From positions 1 to 11,305 of the forward strand of contig JBLFWS010000110.1 of the NCBI GenBank assembly GCA_047611865.1: 11,305 nt of DNA, read 5' to 3'. Below the pieces are notes generated by a model, which saw only the letters and a list, made by a program, of their open reading frames with translations, searched no databases and was not told where the DNA came from. This stretch comes from Chlamydiales bacterium (GTDB lineage Bacteria > Chlamydiota > Chlamydiia > Chlamydiales > JBDQID01). Shown piece by piece: positions 7,755 through 11,305 of the stretch. How positions within the stretch are numbered: the first letter of the stretch is position 1; each line of letters begins with the position of its first letter. Made by a program: the position numbers and the translations under genes.

Positions 7755-8699
7755 TTAACTCTCGATTGCTTCCCAGGAAAAGGTTTTAGCTGCGACATCT
7801 GGGGAGATGTCCCCATAAAGAACTTTTTCTAGACGAACGATTTCCCCGTCCCAGCTTCCCTTGAATTCAAGAGTAAGGTTTCCTTTGTTATCCCATGACT
7901 GGAAGTGCGCTAACTCTCCTTCATGGGAACCCATTTTGATGAGGGTTCCTTCGCTAGACCATTTTTTAAAGTTGACTCGAGAGGTTTTTTCCAGGAAGAC
8001 TCTTTCGTCAACAAGTTTATTATTGGAATTCCATCTTTGTTCCTTGAGAAGGGTATTATTATTGAACAGCCTTTCCGCTCTTTTCTCACCTTTGGGATTC
8101 CATTCCTGCTCCAAGCCATCTTTTGTATTATTTTTGTATAAGATTTCGCGGAAGACTATTCCATTAGCATGGTAAAGTGTACAGGTACCATTAAGTTTTC
8201 CCATAGTGAAGGGGAGAATCGTTTTTGGGCTGCCGTTATCGTAATAGTACACTTGTCGAAGATGCTGAAGGTCATCTTTATATTGTAGGCTGCTGTATAG
8301 ATTACCAGAGGCAAAATAAGAATGAGCCTTCCCTATCTGTTTTCCATTTAAAAACCATGATTTGGAAAGAATCTTTCCCTCTTGGGAAAAGCACGTTGAG
8401 GGTCCGTGTAAGTTTGAATCAGTGGAGTAATAGGATTCACTTTCCACATTTCCATTAGGGTAAAATGTTCGGTATTGACCGCTCAATTGATCCCCCTTTT
8501 TTATAAATGCGGAATATATGTTGTTCTTTTTCTGATCAGCATAGGTTAATTGCAGGGTGTGCCCTTGTTCGAGCTCCATATTTTCTTCTAATTTTTCAGG
8601 TAGGAGAGGAGGGGAAAAATCTTGCCGGATGTTTATATCCAGTTCGTCATCAATAATTTCAATTAGAGAGTTTTGGAATGAGTATTTTTCTATAGTCAT
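7755..8699 (-). CDS. MORN-variant repeat protein (often labelled YwqK-family antitoxin)
   Basis: Tandem roughly 24-aa repeats such as G-x-YRTFYPNG, YFASG, YYDNG, YHANG, WNPKG and WSSEG. ATGA overlap with the stop of the upstream Maf gene. Confidence 0.88.
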   Translation of the reverse strand: MTIEKYSFQNSLIEIIDDELDINIRQDFSPPLLPEKLEENMELEQGHTLQLTYADQKKNNIYSAFIKKGDQLSGQYRTFYPNGNVESESYYSTDSNLHGPSTCFSQEGKILSKSWFLNGKQIGKAHSYFASGNLYSSLQYKDDLQHLRQVYYYDNGSPKTILPFTMGKLNGTCTLYHANGIVFREILYKNNTKDGLEQEWNPKGEKRAERLFNNNTLLKEQRWNSNNKLVDERVFLEKTSRVNFKKWSSEGTLIKMGSHEGELAHFQSWDNKGNLTLEFKGSWDGEIVRLEKVLYGDISPDVAAKTFSWEAIES

Positions 8700-10627
8700 A
8701 CTTTTTCCTTAAATTTTGTCAGCTTACCCAAGAATTCTTTTGTGTCACAATAGCCATTTTTGCAAGATTCTTCGATGCTATGGTTAATGGTACTGAGGTG
8801 GGCTCTTGAAGCTAGGATATCACAGTCGACCTGGTTCATATGGACCTGGCATATTTTTAGAAATCTTTCGGGATCTGTTTCAATGCTTAGGTCGGACTCG
8901 ATTTCGAGGATTTGTCTTTGAAATGTTTTAGAACGGATAAAATTAATGGGATAGATGAAGCTTTGGTAAACAGGGTGGTCTTGGAGTTCATTTTTTAGAT
9001 AGGAATAATTACCTAGATTGCTCTCGTAAGGGTAATCAGGACTTTCTTGCAGCCCTGTTATGATTAAACCTATTACATTTTTTATTTTTTCGTTGATTGT
9101 TATCGTTTCTTCGAGGCCTCGGTAGAGTTTATCGATTTCGTCTATGACTTTATCTTTTACGATGATGTTTCTATTAGGTTGTTGGAGTTTTGTATGTATC
9201 AGTGGCTTTAAGTTATATGTTTGTTGGCAGTATTTACTAGCAGTTTCACTGAGGGTTTTATTCGGGATTCCTCGAATACCGATTCCTCCTTCTGTAGCAT
9301 TAATAAAAGTCTGTCCAGGATATTTTTGAGGAAAATGGGAAGAATGATCGGCTTCGAACTCCCATTTCATATATGTGTGTACGGGATTTCCATAGATGTC
9401 TTTTTTTAGGACACAGACGTCATCAAGAAGAGGGTTTTGTTCGGAAGAAAACTTATTCACATCAGATTCAGCGTGGACGCCCTCTGCGTACATTAGGTTA
9501 TCTGTAAAGGCTAGATCCAGTCCGACATATATTATTGGATTACAACCTAAAAAGCAGGCCCATTCGGTGAGATGATGTTGCATACTCAAGCCATTGTCGA
9601 GGATATGTTTATGAAGATTTAATTTTTGTTCTAACTGGTCCAGAATTGGATAGTGGGTATTGCCATAGCTATATATTCGAGGACCATGCAAAGCATGATA
9701 CGCGTGTTGGTTGATCCTTGATTTATAGATTACAGGCATTTCGTAGTTGGAATGATTAACCATTCTTCCATACTGAGCAGGGTGGGCATCAGCGCTTCCT
9801 CCAAAATGGGGTTCTATGCCGTACTTGTCTAAAGCGGAAATGGAAGAACCGGGGGCAAAGATTAGAGCTTTATTTTGTAGGGTTTTTAAAACGTGAGCAT
9901 TTTTTTGGAGGGATGGACCTGCTCCACAAATGATCGCGGGAATTTGAGGGAAAGTGTTTTGCAGCTTTTCTCCGATATGTGAGCTATTAAGAGAGAGTAT
10001 TGTGGAGTAAAAGTTGATAAGATATTTGACTCCGAAATAGAGGTATTCCGGTTGAGCTTGATGTACCATGATGTGTGACTTGACAAGACCGTCTCTAAAG
10101 GTGTCGAAATGCTTGCTTTTGTGGGCTAGGTAATGAGGAAGAGGGGTGATCTTTTCTTTCAGATTGTTGAAGAAGAGAGTGAAGAGGTCGAAGGCTAAAG
10201 ACCTTGAGATGTCGTCATTATCTAGAAAGGTGATTTTAACTCTAGGGTGAGCAAGAAGTTCATAGGAGTCGGGCATTTTGAGGAGAGCTTCAAGGACTGC
10301 TAAATCGTCTTCGAAATAAACGAGGTGTCTTACTGAAGAATTATTAAGCCAAGATTTGAGTTCTTTGAATGAGTAGCCCAGACCGATGCCATATATAACC
10401 AATACATTAATATCTGAAAGATCTATTGAAGAAAGCCATTTTTTTGTTTCTTTTTCAGCACTATAGTTGGAATGTAAATATTCCGTTTTCCCCTGGAAGG
10501 AGTATGACGCGTTAGTTTCTCCACGTTTTGTTTCGCATATTGTCATGCTCTCTATAGGAGAGCTTTGGAGCTTTGTTACTATATCTGGGAAGCGTTCTTC
10601 CAAGAGAATTAGATTTTGTTTAAGCAT
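8696..10627 (-). CDS. Motility-associated factor (Maf/DUF115) family glycosyltransferase
   Basis: LHSNYSA, VIYGIGLGY, YFEDD, PAIICGAGPSL, GIEPHF, GCNPIIYVGLDLAF and FINATEGG, followed by a predicted helical C-terminus. 643 aa, typical of the Maf architecture. Confidence 0.9.
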   Translation of the reverse strand: MLKQNLILLEERFPDIVTKLQSSPIESMTICETKRGETNASYSFQGKTEYLHSNYSAEKETKKWLSSIDLSDINVLVIYGIGLGYSFKELKSWLNNSSVRHLVYFEDDLAVLEALLKMPDSYELLAHPRVKITFLDNDDISRSLAFDLFTLFFNNLKEKITPLPHYLAHKSKHFDTFRDGLVKSHIMVHQAQPEYLYFGVKYLINFYSTILSLNSSHIGEKLQNTFPQIPAIICGAGPSLQKNAHVLKTLQNKALIFAPGSSISALDKYGIEPHFGGSADAHPAQYGRMVNHSNYEMPVIYKSRINQHAYHALHGPRIYSYGNTHYPILDQLEQKLNLHKHILDNGLSMQHHLTEWACFLGCNPIIYVGLDLAFTDNLMYAEGVHAESDVNKFSSEQNPLLDDVCVLKKDIYGNPVHTYMKWEFEADHSSHFPQKYPGQTFINATEGGIGIRGIPNKTLSETASKYCQQTYNLKPLIHTKLQQPNRNIIVKDKVIDEIDKLYRGLEETITINEKIKNVIGLIITGLQESPDYPYESNLGNYSYLKNELQDHPVYQSFIYPINFIRSKTFQRQILEIESDLSIETDPERFLKICQVHMNQVDCDILASRAHLSTINHSIEESCKNGYCDTKEFLGKLTKFKEKV

Positions 10628-10826
10628 GGCTAGATACGGGGTAGTTAAAATAAAATAGGGTTTATTTTATTTTTAGGGGAACGTCGCTTTTTTAGCAATC
10701 TGGAGCAAGAGCTTAGGTCGTGTATTAAAATCACGGAACGCTACTTTTGGAGCCTTTTTCAGTACTTTTAAATGGCGTTGTTGCATAAAACATGCGTCTA
10801 CAAGAGGCTTATGATTAAAATTTTAC

Positions 10827-10853
10827 CACCGAGATCACAGAGGGCACAGAGAA
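10827..10853 (+). repeat. 9-bp-period tandem repeat (CACMGAGnn x3)
   Basis: CACCGAGAT, CACAGAGGG and CACAGAGAA, with a partial CACAGA at 10864. Confidence 0.7.
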
Positions 10854-11180
10854 AATAAAAAATCACAGATCAGTTGATAGCATATTCTGAGAGACTTTAT
10901 GCATTTTTCGGGATGGTTCAGAAAGAGGCTTTTTTAGGTAACAAAAAGGGTTGTGGGATCATGCCGTTAGAATATGTCTAATTGCCAAAATTGCGAAGGC
11001 TAAATCGAGAAAAGTAAAGCTATGTTTAAGCTACCTGTTCTTGAAGTATTGGAGAGGTGCCACTACCGTGGCTATTAGGAGTTATCCATAGCCGGCTTAT
11101 TCAAATTAGCTAATAATGGGATAATTTTATTTCTTTGTTGGAGAGGGGTGTATAGGTGATTTCTTCTTAAGGCGGTGTAA

Positions 11181-11252
11181 TTAACCACAAGGGTAACACT
11201 TTTGTTCACTCACATGGGTTACACTGTTTACCCACATGGGTAACACTTTTGT
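11181..11252. repeat. Three imperfect direct repeats, each built on a 16-bp palindrome (consensus TTACCCACATGGGTAA followed by CACT)
   Basis: TTAACCACAAGGGTAACACT (11181), TCACTCACATGGGTTACACT (11206) and TTACCCACATGGGTAACACT (11228). Periods are 25 and 22 bp. Confidence 0.85.
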
Positions 11253-11305
11253 ATTAAATCCAAATAAATATAAATTTAATCTTCTTCTTCTGCTGTTCAT
11301 CATGT

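Noticed and set aside
7755..8699. A true YwqJ/YwqK toxin-antitoxin system
   Set aside because: There is no neighbouring toxin gene, and MORN-variant repeats alone attract that label.
8696..10627. 6-hydroxymethylpterin diphosphokinase (MptE) or septum-formation Maf
   Set aside because: The shared DUF115-like core can attract the MptE label, but the length, three-part architecture and pseI neighbour fit a motility-associated factor glycosyltransferase. Septum Maf is an unrelated protein of about 200 aa.
624..10658. Short ORFs of 61-104 aa in the track (for example 1993..2298, 3416..3730, 7861..8175)
   Set aside because: They lie antisense to or out of frame within well-supported genes and have no recognisable motifs.
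11051..11140. tRNA-Ser or glycine riboswitch starting at GGAGAGGTG
   Set aside because: No D-loop, T-loop (GTTCRA) or matching acceptor stem, and no riboswitch core motifs.
11181..11252. CRISPR array
   Set aside because: Periods of 22-25 bp leave only 2-5 nt between repeats, so there are no spacers, and no cas genes are visible.
11082..11280. Chromosomal oriC (DnaA-box-like TTATCCATA, TTAACCACA and TTACCCACA plus an AT-rich tract)
   Set aside because: All boxes are mismatched. Spot counts show G>C on the + strand even in minus-strand genes (18 G versus 9 C at 10081-10140), the opposite of what is expected left of an origin.
11254..11305. 3' end of a minus-strand gene entering from the right (HDEQQKKKIKFIFIWI*)
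   Set aside because: Only 16 codons are visible and there is no recognisable motif, so it cannot be supported.

Overview
AT-rich bacterial chromosomal window, most likely from an environmental Chlamydiae (Chlamydiota) genome. This taxonomic call is an inference from the style of gpsA/nnr and a lipoprotein resembling a chlamydia-expanded family. Left to right: (1) the 3' end and right terminal repeat of an IS30-family element, missed by the ORF track; (2) three minus-strand genes: a 346-aa hypothetical protein, nnr and gpsA; (3) a divergent plus-strand run of a lipoprotein, a class I SAM methyltransferase, a shortened DegT-family sugar aminotransferase and pseudaminic acid synthase pseI; (4) a convergent, translationally coupled minus-strand pair: a Maf/DUF115 (motility-associated factor) glycosyltransferase and a MORN-variant repeat protein; (5) about 680 bp of non-coding DNA with a 9-bp-period CACAGAG repeat and three 16-bp imperfect palindromes. 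The best candidate for a new system is the methyltransferase-aminotransferase-PseI plus Maf-MORN cluster. It could be a protein glycosylation module using a modified (possibly N-methylated) nonulosonic acid, and no flagellin is visible in the window.
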